Assembly (NCBI GenBank): GCA_046292385.1
Contig: JBKBRF010000002.1
Span: 235,653 to 299,652 of the forward strand
DNA length: 64,000 bases
Source of the DNA: Armatimonadota bacterium
GTDB lineage: Bacteria; Armatimonadota; SYMT01
Direction: 5' to 3'
Under the pieces are notes generated by a model, which saw nothing but the letters and a program-made list of their open reading frames with translations, was not told where the DNA came from and ran no database searches. Below are positions 19,394 to 29,556 of this stretch, piece by piece (the first letter of the stretch is position 1; each line of letters begins with the position of its first letter). The position numbers and the translations under genes were made by a program.

Positions 19394-19897
19394 TTGGAAC
19401 GGACCGAACCCCGCACCGCTGCGCCCGCTTCCCGGTTCCGCACGCCGGCCTTCTGGCTCCTGCGCGTGCTGCCGCCGCTCCTCTTCATGGCGCTCATCTA
19501 CTGGATGGGCACGGAGCGGGCCTCCGCGGGGGAGACCCGCTCGCTCCTCGAGCGGCTGGTGGCGCTCTTCTCGCCGGCAATGGCGGAGAGCCTCTCTCCG
19601 GCAGCGATCGAGCTGGCGAACAAGGCGGTCCGCAAGTCCGGCCACTTCCTCTCCTACGCGCTGCTGGCGGTGCTCGACGCGCGCCCGTTCCGGGAGCCGG
19701 GCAAGCCGCTCGCGCCGCGGTGGGGCTGGGCGGCGTGGCTCGCCGCGACCGCCTGGGCCGCGGTCGATGAATTCCACCAGTCGTTCGACCCCTCGCGCGG
19801 CGGAGTGGTCGAGGACGTGTTTCTCGACTCCGCCGGCGCCGCCTTCGGGGTATACCTGTACCAGCTATGGACCCGACGAGCCTCCCGACGCGGCTGA
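19394..19897 (+). CDS. VanZ family membrane protein
   Basis: VRKSGHFLSYALL, AAVDEFHQSF.PSRGG..EDVFLDSAG. Confidence 0.85.
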   Translation: MERTEPRTAAPASRFRTPAFWLLRVLPPLLFMALIYWMGTERASAGETRSLLERLVALFSPAMAESLSPAAIELANKAVRKSGHFLSYALLAVLDARPFREPGKPLAPRWGWAAWLAATAWAAVDEFHQSFDPSRGGVVEDVFLDSAGAAFGVYLYQLWTRRASRRG

Positions 19898-20664
19898 TCC
19901 GCGCCCCCTTCACCCCGATGCAGCGCGAGCCGGACCCGCTTACGGAGCAGGTCTCCCAGGCGCTGCTGGGACAGGCGGTGGCGGTGCTGGAGGAGTCCGG
20001 CGCGTGGCTACGGGTCCGCACGCCGGACGAGTACGAAGGCTGGATCCAGGCCGCGGCGGCGGTCGAGGCGCCGGAGGGGTGGGCCGGCCCCTGGGCGGAG
20101 GTGGAGGAGCTCTGGGCGAACCTGCGCGCCCGCCCCGATTCGGAGCTGCCGGCGGTGCTGCCGGCGATGATCGGCACGCGGCTCCCGCTGCTCGACCGGG
20201 ATGAGAAATGGGCCACCCTGCGCGGGCCGGAGGGAGCGCCGCTCTACACGGAGGTCAAGCGCGTGCGAAGCCTGGAGGAGCGCCCGGCCCGGCCGCGCTC
20301 CCGCCGGTCGATCTGCGCCACCGCCCGCCGCTTTCTGGGTATTCCCTACCTCTGGGGCGGCTGCAGCCCGTGGGGGCTCGACTGCTCCGGCTTCGTGCAG
20401 CTCGTGCTGCGCCTGCACGGCGTTCTGCTCCAGCGCGACGCCGGGCCGCAGAGCCGCCAGGGAGAGCCGGCGCCGGAGCCCGACGCCGCCGACCTCGTCT
20501 TCTTCGGCCCGCCGGAGCGGCCGGAGGCGATCACGCACGTGGGGATGATGCTCGACCGCGAGCGGTTCATCCACGCCCTGGGCAGCGACCGCGTGCGGAT
20601 CGACCCGCTGCGCGGGGGACGGCTGGAGCGGGAATACCGCTTCGCGCGTCGCTACCTGCCGTAA
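19867..20664 (+). CDS. NlpC/P60 (C40) peptidase with SH3-like N-terminus (YkfC-like)
   Basis: VSQALLG, YEGWI, FLGIPYLWGG.SPWGLDCSG (Cys), DLVFF, THVG (His), FIHA; no signal peptide. Confidence 0.9.
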   Translation: MDPTSLPTRLIRAPFTPMQREPDPLTEQVSQALLGQAVAVLEESGAWLRVRTPDEYEGWIQAAAAVEAPEGWAGPWAEVEELWANLRARPDSELPAVLPAMIGTRLPLLDRDEKWATLRGPEGAPLYTEVKRVRSLEERPARPRSRRSICATARRFLGIPYLWGGCSPWGLDCSGFVQLVLRLHGVLLQRDAGPQSRQGEPAPEPDAADLVFFGPPERPEAITHVGMMLDRERFIHALGSDRVRIDPLRGGRLEREYRFARRYLP

Positions 20665-20887
20665 CGGTAGGGGCGTCTATCCTCGTAAACGGAGTAGGCG
20701 AGCCAGCCAACCCTACCGAATTCCAATAAGGTGGCCTGCAACACGAGACCCGGGGTGCGTGTCCCAACTCGGAGGCACTGATACCCTTTTCTTAACAGCA
20801 CAGCGGCCAACCCGAGCGGGTAGGCTGAAACTGGGTTGAGCTGCCACGGACCGGCGAGCTGGTGTGGGCTGGCGAGAGACCTCTGTT

Positions 20888-20973
20888 GCAGGTTGGCAGG
20901 TTTGCAGGTTACAGGTTCGCTCGTCGTCAGGCGGGGTTCGGAACCTGCCAACCTGGAGCTTGCAAACCTGTTA
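20888..20973. repeat. Inverted 7-8-mer arrays (GCAGGTT vs AACCTG)
   Basis: GCAGGTTGGCAGGTTTGCAGGTTACAGGTT, then GAACCTGCCAACCTG...AAACCTG. Confidence 0.75.
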
Positions 20974-21086
20974 ACGGTCGGGCTCCCACTCCAGGCCGTC
21001 CGAAGTAGCGGCACGACGGTAACCGACGAAGCAGATCCGGACGAGAGCCGACGCGGCTCCGCCTTCGATTTTGAAGTGATCCATCT

Positions 21087-24000
21087 ATGCGATTGAAAGT
21101 CCTTGCGGCTGGTGGTCTCGTAACGGCGTGGTGCGGCCTGGCGGCCGTGGCGGCGGCGCCCCGCGGCGCGGCGAAGCCGGCGGCGAAGCCCGCGGGAAAG
21201 GCGGCGCGCTCCGCCAAGCCGGCGGCCAAACCGGCGGCGAAGCCGGCCGCCAAGCCCCCGGTGAAGCCGGTCCCAGCCGTCTCGCCGGAGGAAGCGGAGT
21301 TCTTCGAAAAGGAGATCCGCCCCGTGCTGGCGCAGGAGTGCTACTCCTGCCACGGCCCCAAGGTCGCCCAGGCCGGCCTGCGGCTCGACTCCCGCGCCGC
21401 CCTGCTCCACGGAGGCGACAAGGGCCCGTCGCTGGTGCCCGGCGCGCCGGACAAGAGCCTGCTCGTCCAGGCGGTCCGGCACGAGGGCGGCTTGAAGATG
21501 CCGCCGGGACGGAAGCTCTCCGAGAAGCAGGTCGCCGCGCTGGAGAAGTGGGTCCAGATCGGCGCCCCGTGGCCCGGCGCCGCCGCGCAGCCCGCCAAGG
21601 CACCGCAGAGCTGGGATGAAGCGGTGGCGGTGCGCTCCAAGTGGTGGAGCCTGCAGCCGGTCCGCAAGCCGGCACTCCCCGCGGTGAAGAACGCGAAGTG
21701 GAGCGCTCATCCGGTCGACCACTTCATCCTGAGCAGCCTGGAGAAGAAGGGTCTGAAGCCGAGCGCCCGGGCGGACCGCCGCACGCTGATCCGCCGGCTC
21801 CACCTCACGCTCACCGGCCTGCCGCCCACCCCGGAAGAGGTGGAGCAGTTCGTGAAGGACCCGTCTCCGAACGCCTACCCGCGGCTGGTCGACCGGATCC
21901 TCACCTCCCCGCACTACGGCGAGCGCTGGGCGCGGCACTGGATGGACGTGGTCCGCTACGGCGAGACGCACGGCTACGAGTGGAACTACGAGATCCGGGA
22001 CGCGTGGCGCTACCGCGACTACCTGATCCGCGCGTTCAACGAGGACGTGCCGTACAACCAGCTCGTCCGGGAGCACCTCGCCGGCGACCTCCTGCCGCAG
22101 CCCCGGCGCAACCCGAAGGAAGGCTTCAACGAGTCGGTCATCGGCACCGCCTTCTATCGCTTCGGGGAGAACGGGCACGACGTCTTCAAGGAGATCGGCC
22201 TCGACGTTCTGGACAACCAGATCGACACCCTCTCCAAGGCGTTCCAGGCAACCACCATCTCCTGCGCCCGCTGCCACGACCACAAGCTCGACGCGGTCTC
22301 CACCAAGGACTACTACGCGCTCCTGGGCGTGCTGGCGAGCTCCCGGCAGGTGGTCCACACCCTCGACACGCCGGAGCTCGACGCGCAGCGCAAGCAGCGC
22401 CTCCGGGAGCTGAAGGGCGAGATCCGCGGCGCGCTGGCGGCGAAGTGGTCCGCCGACGCGGCGGAAGCCGGCCGCTACCTCGCCGCCGCGCAGGCGGTGC
22501 GGGAGAAGAAGCCGGAAGCGGAGACGCTGAAGCAGGGGCTCGACGCGGGCCGGCTCCAGGCGCTGGTGACGGCGCTGGAGAAGCGGAAGCCGGGCCTGGA
22601 AGAGCCGCTGCAGGCGTGGCTCTCCGTGACGGAGGCGCAGGCGAAGAACGCGCCGGTGGGCGAGGCATGGAGCCGCACGGCGGAGCAGTACGCGCAGGAA
22701 GCGAAGACGCGGGCGGAATTCAACGCCAAGCACTTCATCCCGTTCGGCGACTTCCGCGCGGGCGCGCCGGCCGGCTGGCGCGTCGACGGCCTCGGCCTCC
22801 ACGGCGGCCCCTCCCCGAGCGGCGACTTCGCCGTGGCGGACGAGGGCGACAAGGCGCTGCTCGGCATCTTCCCGGCGGGCCTCTACACCCACACGCTCTC
22901 GCAGAAGCTGAACGGCTCCATCCAGTCGCCGTTCCTGCCGGGCGAGACGCGGCAGGTCAGCTTCCGCGTGCTCGGCAACCGGAGCGGCGTGGTGCGGCAG
23001 ATCCCGGACCAGCGCCAGCTCACCGACGCCGGCACCGAGGTGAAGTCGGACGACCTGAAGTGGGTCACGATGGGCCGCTCCGACCGGGACGACTGGGTCT
23101 ACCTGGAGCTGATCACCAAGGAGCACAATCCGCGGTGGGCACCCGGCGACGAGAAGGGCAAGCCGAAGCAGGAAGATCCGCGCTCGTACTTCGGCGTGAC
23201 GCAGGTGGTGCTCCACAACGGCACCGGCGAGCACCCGAAGGAGAGCCTGGGCCACATCGTCCGCCTCTTCCAGGGCGAGGCGCCCAAGGACGCGGCGGAG
23301 GCAGCGGCCCGCTACGAAGCGGCCACGCGCGCCGCGATCGAGGCGTGGGCGGCCGGTAAGGCGTCCGACGAGGACGCCGCGTGGCTCGACTGGGCGATGA
23401 GCAGCGGCCTGCTCTCTAACTCGGTCAAGAGCAGCCCCGAGGTGGAGAAGCTGATCGCGGAGTACCGCTCCGTAGAGAAGGGGATCACCCCGCCGCGGCT
23501 CGTCTCCGGCGTGGCGGACGTGGCCGGCGGCTTCGACGTGCCGGTCTTCATCCGCGGCGACTTCCGGAACCCGGGCGAGCCGGCGCCCCGCCGCTACCTG
23601 GAGGTGCTCTCCAGCAGCGAGCGCCCCGGCACCGCCAACGGCAGCGGCCGCTGGGAGCTGGCCCAGGAGATCGCCAGCGCGCGCAACCCGCTTACCGCCC
23701 GGGTGATGGTGAACCGGGTCTGGCACTACCTCTTCGGTCGGGGGCTGGTCCGCACCACGGACGACTTCGGCCACATGGGCGAGAAGCCGACCCATCCGGA
23801 GCTGCTCGACTACCTGGCGGCGCGCTTCACCGAGCCGGCGAACGCGGGCTGGGGCGGCTGGTCCGTAAAGAGCCTGGTGCGGCAGCTCGTGCTGAGTGAG
23901 ACGTTCCAGATGAGCGGCCAGGCGAACACCGCGGCTCGCGGGAAGGACCCGGACAACCTGCTCCTGCATCACTTCCCCGCTCGGCGGATGGAAGCGGAAG

Positions 24001-24539
24001 TGATCCGGGACTCGATCCTGACGGTCTCCGGCCGGCTCGACCGCACCCTCTACGGGCCGAGCATCCAGCCGCACCGGGTCGATCCGAAGCCGGAGCGCCG
24101 GCTCTGGACCGGTCCGCTCGACGGCGAGGGCCGCCGGAGCATCTACACCAAGATCACCCTGATGGGCGGGCCGGCGTTCCTGGAGGTCTTCAACTTCCCG
24201 GACCCGAAGACGGCGATGGGGCGGCGCGACGTGACCAACGTGCCGGCGCAGGCGCTGACGCTGCTGAACGACCCGTTCGTGCTGGGCCAGGCGGAAGTCT
24301 GGGCGGAGCGGCTGGTCGCCGGCTCCGAGGCGACGGTCGCCCAGCGGATCCAGGGCATGTTCCAGCGCACCCTGAGCCGCCCGCCGAGTCCGCAGGAGCT
24401 GGCGCGGGTAGAGAAGGTAGTGAAGGACCTGGCGGCGCTCCACGAGGTGCCGGAAGGCGAAGTGTTGAAGAGCAAGCCGGTCTGGAAAGACCTGGCCCAC
24501 GCCTTCTTCAACCTGAAAGAGTTCATCTACGTGCGGTAG
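21087..24539 (+). CDS. Planctomycete cytochrome c / PSD1 protein (DUF1549 + DUF1553)
   Basis: FFEKEIRPVL..CYSCH, PHYGERWARHWMDVVRY, SCARCHDHK, NPLTARVMVNRVW, HPELLDYLA, PAQALTLLNDPF, NLKEFIYVR. Confidence 0.93.
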   Translation: MRLKVLAAGGLVTAWCGLAAVAAAPRGAAKPAAKPAGKAARSAKPAAKPAAKPAAKPPVKPVPAVSPEEAEFFEKEIRPVLAQECYSCHGPKVAQAGLRLDSRAALLHGGDKGPSLVPGAPDKSLLVQAVRHEGGLKMPPGRKLSEKQVAALEKWVQIGAPWPGAAAQPAKAPQSWDEAVAVRSKWWSLQPVRKPALPAVKNAKWSAHPVDHFILSSLEKKGLKPSARADRRTLIRRLHLTLTGLPPTPEEVEQFVKDPSPNAYPRLVDRILTSPHYGERWARHWMDVVRYGETHGYEWNYEIRDAWRYRDYLIRAFNEDVPYNQLVREHLAGDLLPQPRRNPKEGFNESVIGTAFYRFGENGHDVFKEIGLDVLDNQIDTLSKAFQATTISCARCHDHKLDAVSTKDYYALLGVLASSRQVVHTLDTPELDAQRKQRLRELKGEIRGALAAKWSADAAEAGRYLAAAQAVREKKPEAETLKQGLDAGRLQALVTALEKRKPGLEEPLQAWLSVTEAQAKNAPVGEAWSRTAEQYAQEAKTRAEFNAKHFIPFGDFRAGAPAGWRVDGLGLHGGPSPSGDFAVADEGDKALLGIFPAGLYTHTLSQKLNGSIQSPFLPGETRQVSFRVLGNRSGVVRQIPDQRQLTDAGTEVKSDDLKWVTMGRSDRDDWVYLELITKEHNPRWAPGDEKGKPKQEDPRSYFGVTQVVLHNGTGEHPKESLGHIVRLFQGEAPKDAAEAAARYEAATRAAIEAWAAGKASDEDAAWLDWAMSSGLLSNSVKSSPEVEKLIAEYRSVEKGITPPRLVSGVADVAGGFDVPVFIRGDFRNPGEPAPRRYLEVLSSSERPGTANGSGRWELAQEIASARNPLTARVMVNRVWHYLFGRGLVRTTDDFGHMGEKPTHPELLDYLAARFTEPANAGWGGWSVKSLVRQLVLSETFQMSGQANTAARGKDPDNLLLHHFPARRMEAEVIRDSILTVSGRLDRTLYGPSIQPHRVDPKPERRLWTGPLDGEGRRSIYTKITLMGGPAFLEVFNFPDPKTAMGRRDVTNVPAQALTLLNDPFVLGQAEVWAERLVAGSEATVAQRIQGMFQRTLSRPPSPQELARVEKVVKDLAALHEVPEGEVLKSKPVWKDLAHAFFNLKEFIYVR

Positions 24540-24653
24540 GCGCCCGCTCCGTGCTATTCTGACGGCTGGAGGTCAAGCGACTTCCAGCCGTCCGGAGCAG
24601 CGGGTCCCGCTCATTCAGCATTTGGCGTTAACCGTTAACCAGGAGATCCTGCG

Positions 24654-26093
24654 GTGAAGAATAGGTCGAACGACCCGGCGTGCGGCTGTCCCGGCCGCGT
24701 GAAGGCGCCGATGACCCGGCGAGAGCTGCTGAAGACCAGCGCGAACGGCTTCGGAATGCTGGCGCTCTCCGCGCTGATGGCCGATCCGAGCTACGCCGGG
24801 CTGGTGCAGAAGCAGGGCCCGCACCACGCCCCCAAGGCGAAGAACGTCATCTTCCTCTTCATGGACGGCGGCGTCTCCCACGTCGACTCGTTCGACCCGA
24901 AGCCGAAGCTGACCGAGATGCACGGCAAGGCGGTCGGAAAGGTCGATAACCCCACCGCCGGCGGCGCCCGCAAGTGGCTGAAGTGCCCGTGGGAGTTCAA
25001 GCAGTACGGCCAGTCCGGGATGCCGATCAGCAGCCTCTTCCCGCACGCCGCCACCATCGCGGACGAGCTGGCGGTGATCCGCTCCATGAAGGCGGAGTTC
25101 CCGCTCCACTCCCGCGGCAACCTGCTCCTGCACACCGGCCGCAACACCGGCGGTCTGCCGAGCTTCGGCTCCTGGGTCACCTACGGCCTCGGCTCCGAGA
25201 ACAAGAACCTGCCCGGCTTCGTGGTGCTCAACTTCAACATGGTGCCGGCGGGCGGCCTGGAGAACTTCTCCAGCGGCTTCCTTCCCGCCACGCACCAGGC
25301 GACGATGCTGAACGCCACCGGCACCCCGCTGGACAACCTGGTCCCGGCGGACAAGATCGCCCGGGTGCAGCGGATGAAGCTCGACCTGCTCGGGGCGCAG
25401 GACCAGGAGTTCTCGCGCAACCTGGGCGGCATGGAGCCGGTCGAGTCGGCGATCGAGAACTACGAGCTCGCCTACCGGATGCAGTCGCTCGTGCCGGACG
25501 TGCTCGACCTGAGCAAGGAGAGCGAAGAGACGAAGAAGAGCTATGGTCTCGACGCCGAGAACAAGCACAAGCGCGAGTACGGCATGCAGTGCCTGCGGGC
25601 GCGGCGGCTGATCGAGTCCGGCGTCCGCTTCGTGGAGGTCTGCTGCCCGCAGCTCTACGGCGCCACCGGCACCTGGGACCAGCACGGCGAGCTGAAGAAG
25701 GGCCACGAGACGAACGCGATGGTCACCGACCAGGCGGTCACCGCCCTGATCAAGGACCTGAAGCAGCGCGGCATGCTGGACGACACGCTGATCCTCTGGG
25801 CGGGCGAGTTCGGCCGCACCCCGCACTCCGCGGGCGACGACGGCCGCGACCACCATCCGGAAGGCTTCACCGTCTGGCTGGCAGGCGGCGGCGTGAAGGG
25901 CGGCACGATCTACGGCGCCACCGACGAGCTCGGCATGCACTCCGTGGAGAACGTCTGCACCTTCCACGACCTGCACGCGACGATGCTCCACCTGATCGGC
26001 CTGGACCACGAGCGGCTCACCTACCGCTTCGGCGGCCGCGACTTCCGCCTCACCGACGTCCACGGCCGCGTGATCAAAGAGATCATCGCCTAG
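24654..26093 (+). CDS. DUF1501 family protein (twin-arginine motif, sulfatase-like)
   Basis: TRRELLK, KAKNVIFLFMDGGVSHVDSFDPKP, ARRLIESGVRFV, WDQH, GEFGRTP, GRDHHP, HDLHAT. Confidence 0.93.
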   Translation: MKNRSNDPACGCPGRVKAPMTRRELLKTSANGFGMLALSALMADPSYAGLVQKQGPHHAPKAKNVIFLFMDGGVSHVDSFDPKPKLTEMHGKAVGKVDNPTAGGARKWLKCPWEFKQYGQSGMPISSLFPHAATIADELAVIRSMKAEFPLHSRGNLLLHTGRNTGGLPSFGSWVTYGLGSENKNLPGFVVLNFNMVPAGGLENFSSGFLPATHQATMLNATGTPLDNLVPADKIARVQRMKLDLLGAQDQEFSRNLGGMEPVESAIENYELAYRMQSLVPDVLDLSKESEETKKSYGLDAENKHKREYGMQCLRARRLIESGVRFVEVCCPQLYGATGTWDQHGELKKGHETNAMVTDQAVTALIKDLKQRGMLDDTLILWAGEFGRTPHSAGDDGRDHHPEGFTVWLAGGGVKGGTIYGATDELGMHSVENVCTFHDLHATMLHLIGLDHERLTYRFGGRDFRLTDVHGRVIKEIIA

Positions 26094-26180
26094 CCGGCGC
26101 AGCCTCGCGGGGCGGCAGTCACCCGCCGCCCCCGACACCCCATCCCCTGGACCAAATCCCCTACACCCTGGAAGAAGAGA

Positions 26181-26930
26181 ATGAGCGAGAAGCAGACTGC
26201 CGTGGCGATCGTGACCGGCGCCGCCCGCGGGATCGGTAAGGCGACGGCGGAGTACTTCGCCGCCGAGGGAAAGGCGGTCGTGATCGCCGACCTCGACCAG
26301 CAGACCGCGGAAGCCGTGGCGCACGAGCTCCGCGAGCAGGGTCGCCAGGCGATCGCCGTCAAGGTCGACGTCGCCAACCGGGAGAGCGTCGGCGCGATGG
26401 TCGAGACGGTGCTCTCCCAGCTCGGCCGCATCGACATCCTGGTGAACAACGCCGGCATCGCCGGCCGCGCCGCCCCGCTGAGCGACGTCACCGACGCGGA
26501 GTGGGACACGATGATGGCGGTCGACCTGAAGAGCGTCTACCTCTGCTGCCAGGCGGTGCTGCCGCACATGCTGCAGCGCGGCTCCGGCGCCATCGTGAAC
26601 GTCGCCTCCATCGCCGGCAAGGAAGGGAACCCGAACATGGTCCCCTATTCCACCGCCAAGGCGGGCGTGATCGGCCTGACGAAGGCGCTGGCGAAAGAAG
26701 TAGCGGCGAAGGGCGTCCGCGTCAATGCGGTGGCGCCCGCGGTGATCGAGACCGAGATCCTGCAGCAGCTCACGCCCGCGCAGGTGGAGTACATGAAGTC
26801 GCGCGTCCCGATGGGCCGCTTCGGCGCGCCGCAGGAAGTCGCCGCCGTAATCGGCTTCCTCGCCTCGGACGGCTCGAGCTTCGTCACCGCCCAGTGCTAC
26901 GACGTCAGCGGCGGCCGCGCCACCTACTAA
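26181..26930 (+). CDS. SDR family NAD(P)-dependent oxidoreductase
   Basis: TGAARGIG, NNAG, YSTAK, VNAVAP. Confidence 0.93.
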   Translation: MSEKQTAVAIVTGAARGIGKATAEYFAAEGKAVVIADLDQQTAEAVAHELREQGRQAIAVKVDVANRESVGAMVETVLSQLGRIDILVNNAGIAGRAAPLSDVTDAEWDTMMAVDLKSVYLCCQAVLPHMLQRGSGAIVNVASIAGKEGNPNMVPYSTAKAGVIGLTKALAKEVAAKGVRVNAVAPAVIETEILQQLTPAQVEYMKSRVPMGRFGAPQEVAAVIGFLASDGSSFVTAQCYDVSGGRATY

Positions 26931-26976
26931 GCAGCGGCGGCGAGACCGGCCGGAGCCGGCTGAGCGCAGAGTCGTG

Positions 26977-27021
26977 AAATGGGAGCCACCTTGCCCTCTG
27001 GGTGCGGCGGCTCCCATTTTT
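26977..27021. terminator. Intrinsic terminator, possibly bidirectional
   Basis: AAATGGGAGCC...GGCTCCCATTTTT between convergent genes. Confidence 0.75.
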
Positions 27022-27109
27022 GCTGTCTCTTCTACTCCGAACCGGTTGCTGCCCGTCGTCTCCGGGCGTCATCAGGCCAACCCTGAGCGTGGAAGCCGGG
27101 CGGAAGGCG

Positions 27110-28252
27110 TCAGCCAATCAGCCTGGCGGCCGGCTTCTGCACCCACTCGTGATAGGCGTCGGAGACGCGCGCCTCGGTCGCGTCGCCCGGGTGGATCAGC
27201 ACACGGTAGCGGAAGCGCAGCGTCTCACCCTTCTTCTGGTGGTAGGGAGTTTTCTCGCTGGCCCCAAAGGCGGCGTTCGCGAACGGGTTGGTGCCGACGA
27301 GCCCGTAGTCGCGCGCGTGCCAGCGGCACGGGTGGTTCAGGTTGCCCGGGTGGTCCATCATCGCGATGCCGACCACCTTGCCCTGCACGGGGCCGCTGTA
27401 GTCGAGCCACTGCGCGCGCTTGCCCCAGACCTGCTTCTCGCCCACGCCCCGCTCGCTGTTCATCATCTTCCCGCCTTCGCCCCCCTTGATGGTGTGGAAG
27501 ACGCGGAAGGCGAGGATGCCGCCCTCCTTCGTGTCGCCGTACTCCACGTCGCCGTGGGAGGCGATCAGGTGGACTTCGTAGTCGAGCAGGCGGCGGTCCG
27601 GGCCGACGTTGTAGACGCGGATCGCACGCCGCTCGTCGAGGACTGGCTTGCCGTCGTGGGAGGTCCAGACCGAGGAGGCGACAAAGCCGCCGTAGGCGGT
27701 ACCGCCGGATTTGCGAGTGAACTTCTGGTGGCGCGTCCAGCCGTGCTTGCCGGCCGCCTCGCTCCAGTTGTCGACGCCGTTCACCTCGTCGTAGGCGGTC
27801 CAAAACGAGCGGTGGTGCGGGTGGTCCTGGTCCTTCGCCTGCTTCTCCTCGGCCACGTCGATCATCGGAAAATCGCGCGTGACGCGTCGCCGCTCGGGGC
27901 CGAACACCGGGTGGAAGAACGGCCGCGCGTGCTGCGGATCGAAGTTGTAGGTGGTGAAGAGGCCGTCCGGCAGGTAGATGCTCAGCGCGTGCGGGCCCTC
28001 TTCCTTCAGCTCCACCCGGCCCTTCTCCTGCGCCGCGGCCAGCCGGAAGCGCCGGCTCTCCCCGGCTTCCAGGCCGGAGACGAGGACCACGAGCCGGTCG
28101 CCGTCCAGCTGCGCCGGCAGCCGCAGGCCGCCCCCCTCTTCCCGCAGCTCGAGCGGCCCGTCCGGGAGCGGCTCGGAGCACTGGGCGAGCTCTACCTCTA
28201 CGGGCGCGGGGCCGTGGCAGTCCAGGTCGGCGGAAATCTCGATGAGCGGCAT
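27110..28252 (-). CDS. Soluble 'PmoA family'/DUF6807-like beta-rich protein
   Basis: RPFFHPV, VTRDFP, DHPHHRSFW, GDTKEGG..FRV, WLDYSG, DHPGN...WHARDYG; GGAGGG RBS 8 nt upstream. Confidence 0.75.
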   Translation of the reverse strand: MPLIEISADLDCHGPAPVEVELAQCSEPLPDGPLELREEGGGLRLPAQLDGDRLVVLVSGLEAGESRRFRLAAAQEKGRVELKEEGPHALSIYLPDGLFTTYNFDPQHARPFFHPVFGPERRRVTRDFPMIDVAEEKQAKDQDHPHHRSFWTAYDEVNGVDNWSEAAGKHGWTRHQKFTRKSGGTAYGGFVASSVWTSHDGKPVLDERRAIRVYNVGPDRRLLDYEVHLIASHGDVEYGDTKEGGILAFRVFHTIKGGEGGKMMNSERGVGEKQVWGKRAQWLDYSGPVQGKVVGIAMMDHPGNLNHPCRWHARDYGLVGTNPFANAAFGASEKTPYHQKKGETLRFRYRVLIHPGDATEARVSDAYHEWVQKPAARLIG

Positions 28253-28277
28253 TTGCAAGTCCCTCCGCCGGCCCGTT

Positions 28278-29099
28278 TTACGCCGCCCCGGTGAAAACCT
28301 CTCTCAGATAGCGCAGGCTCTCCCGGGCGATCGTCTCCGGGTCGGGCGAGTAGTCGAACACCTCTACGGAGACATACCCGCCAAAGCCGGTCTCCCGCAG
28401 CGCAGCGGCGATCGGGCGGAAGTCGGTCTCGCCGAACCCGGGTCCGCGCCGGTTCGCGTCGTTCGCGTGGACGTGCTCCACCAGCGCGGCGAGCTCCCGG
28501 ATGATCTCCGCGGGCGAGCGGTCTTCCGCGGACATCGACTTCACGTCGAGCATCAGTCGGAAATTCGGGTGGTCCAGCTCGTGCACCATCCGCGCCGCTT
28601 CCGCCGCGGTGAGGATGAAGTCCGCCTCCGGCTGCGGCAGCGACTCCTGGCAGAGCGTCACCCCGCGCTCGGCCAGGGTCGGCAGCACCTGGCGGTACGA
28701 GTCCTGGGTCCGCTCCCACGCGCCCTGCAGGTCACCGTCCTCCAGCCGCCGCTGCATTGGCGAGCCGAAGATCATCACCGGCGCGCCGACGTCGCCGGCG
28801 AAGTCGACCAGCGCGCGGAGGTAGTCGACCGTCCGCCGCCGCAGCGCCTCGTCCTTCGAGTGGATGTGGAGCCCCTTCGGCGAGGCGAGCAGCCAGTGCA
28901 GCCCCACGATCTCCAGCCCCGCGTCGGCGGCGACGGTGCGGATCTCCCGCCGTCGCTCCGGAGAGACGGCGGTGACCGACTCGCCGAACGTAAACGGCGC
29001 GATCTCGATCCCGTCGTAACCGGTCTCGGCCACGAAGCGGCAGACCCGCTCCCACGGCCAGTCCCCGAAGGTCTCGTTACAGATGGCGAAGCGCTGCAT
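28278..29099 (-). CDS. Sugar phosphate isomerase/epimerase (TIM barrel, tagatose 3-epimerase-like)
   Basis: GYDGIEIAP, LDVKSM, HVHAND, GPGFG, YVSVEVF. Confidence 0.88.
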   Translation of the reverse strand: MQRFAICNETFGDWPWERVCRFVAETGYDGIEIAPFTFGESVTAVSPERRREIRTVAADAGLEIVGLHWLLASPKGLHIHSKDEALRRRTVDYLRALVDFAGDVGAPVMIFGSPMQRRLEDGDLQGAWERTQDSYRQVLPTLAERGVTLCQESLPQPEADFILTAAEAARMVHELDHPNFRLMLDVKSMSAEDRSPAEIIRELAALVEHVHANDANRRGPGFGETDFRPIAAALRETGFGGYVSVEVFDYSPDPETIARESLRYLREVFTGAA

Positions 29100-29196
29100 G
29101 GGTCCTCTCTAGGGTCGATCTGATCAAACGGGTGCCTGCGGAACGCACCCCGCCGAATGACGCGAGGTGAGCGGCAGCCCTCGTCTCCCTACCCCA

Positions 29197-29355
29197 GTCA
29201 TCCTGACCGGAGGGAAAGATCTACGTCACTCCGCTCCCCGCGAGCACGATCAGCCCCCGCGTTCGGGAGTGCCCCGCCACGCCGCGTCCTCGTCACCCGG
29301 ACGCGTGCTCCGAACCAGGACGGCTGCCGAGATTCTTCCCTGCGGTCACAATGAC
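29197..29355. repeat. REP-like inverted repeat (GTCATCCTGA...GATCT / AGATT...ATGAC)
   Basis: GTCATCCTGACCGGAGGGAAAGATCT (29197-29222) pairs with AGATTCTTCCCTGCGGTCACAATGAC (29330-29355). Confidence 0.75.
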
Positions 29356-29556
29356 GAGCTCGCGCGATAGACGCTCCTGGCGAACGGACAGCCCGCGGCG
29401 ACGCGTTTCGGTCACCAGCGCACTCCCGCTCCTCGCTGCGGACTACGTGTTCGGCAGGCGGCGAGCGGGAGTACGAGTAGGAGTGGCCGTGCTCGGAGGG
29501 CGCACCGCGGCCCACGCCAGCCCTACCCGCTACCCCCTAAACGCTACCCGCTACCG

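Noticed and set aside
19394..19897. Glycopeptide-resistance locus
   Set aside because: A VanZ-like gene alone, with no vanHAX or vanRS.
20652..24500. 1282-aa minus-strand ORF, and similar long antisense ORFs (24615-27017, 30485-33019, 42191-44491, 44658-47006, 51694-55848, 58839-61364)
   Set aside because: Shadow frames opposite genes with clear family motifs. They are expected in high-GC DNA and have no motifs of their own.
27110..28252. Methane monooxygenase
   Set aside because: Soluble protein with no TM helices and no pmoB/pmoC; the family label does not imply pMMO.
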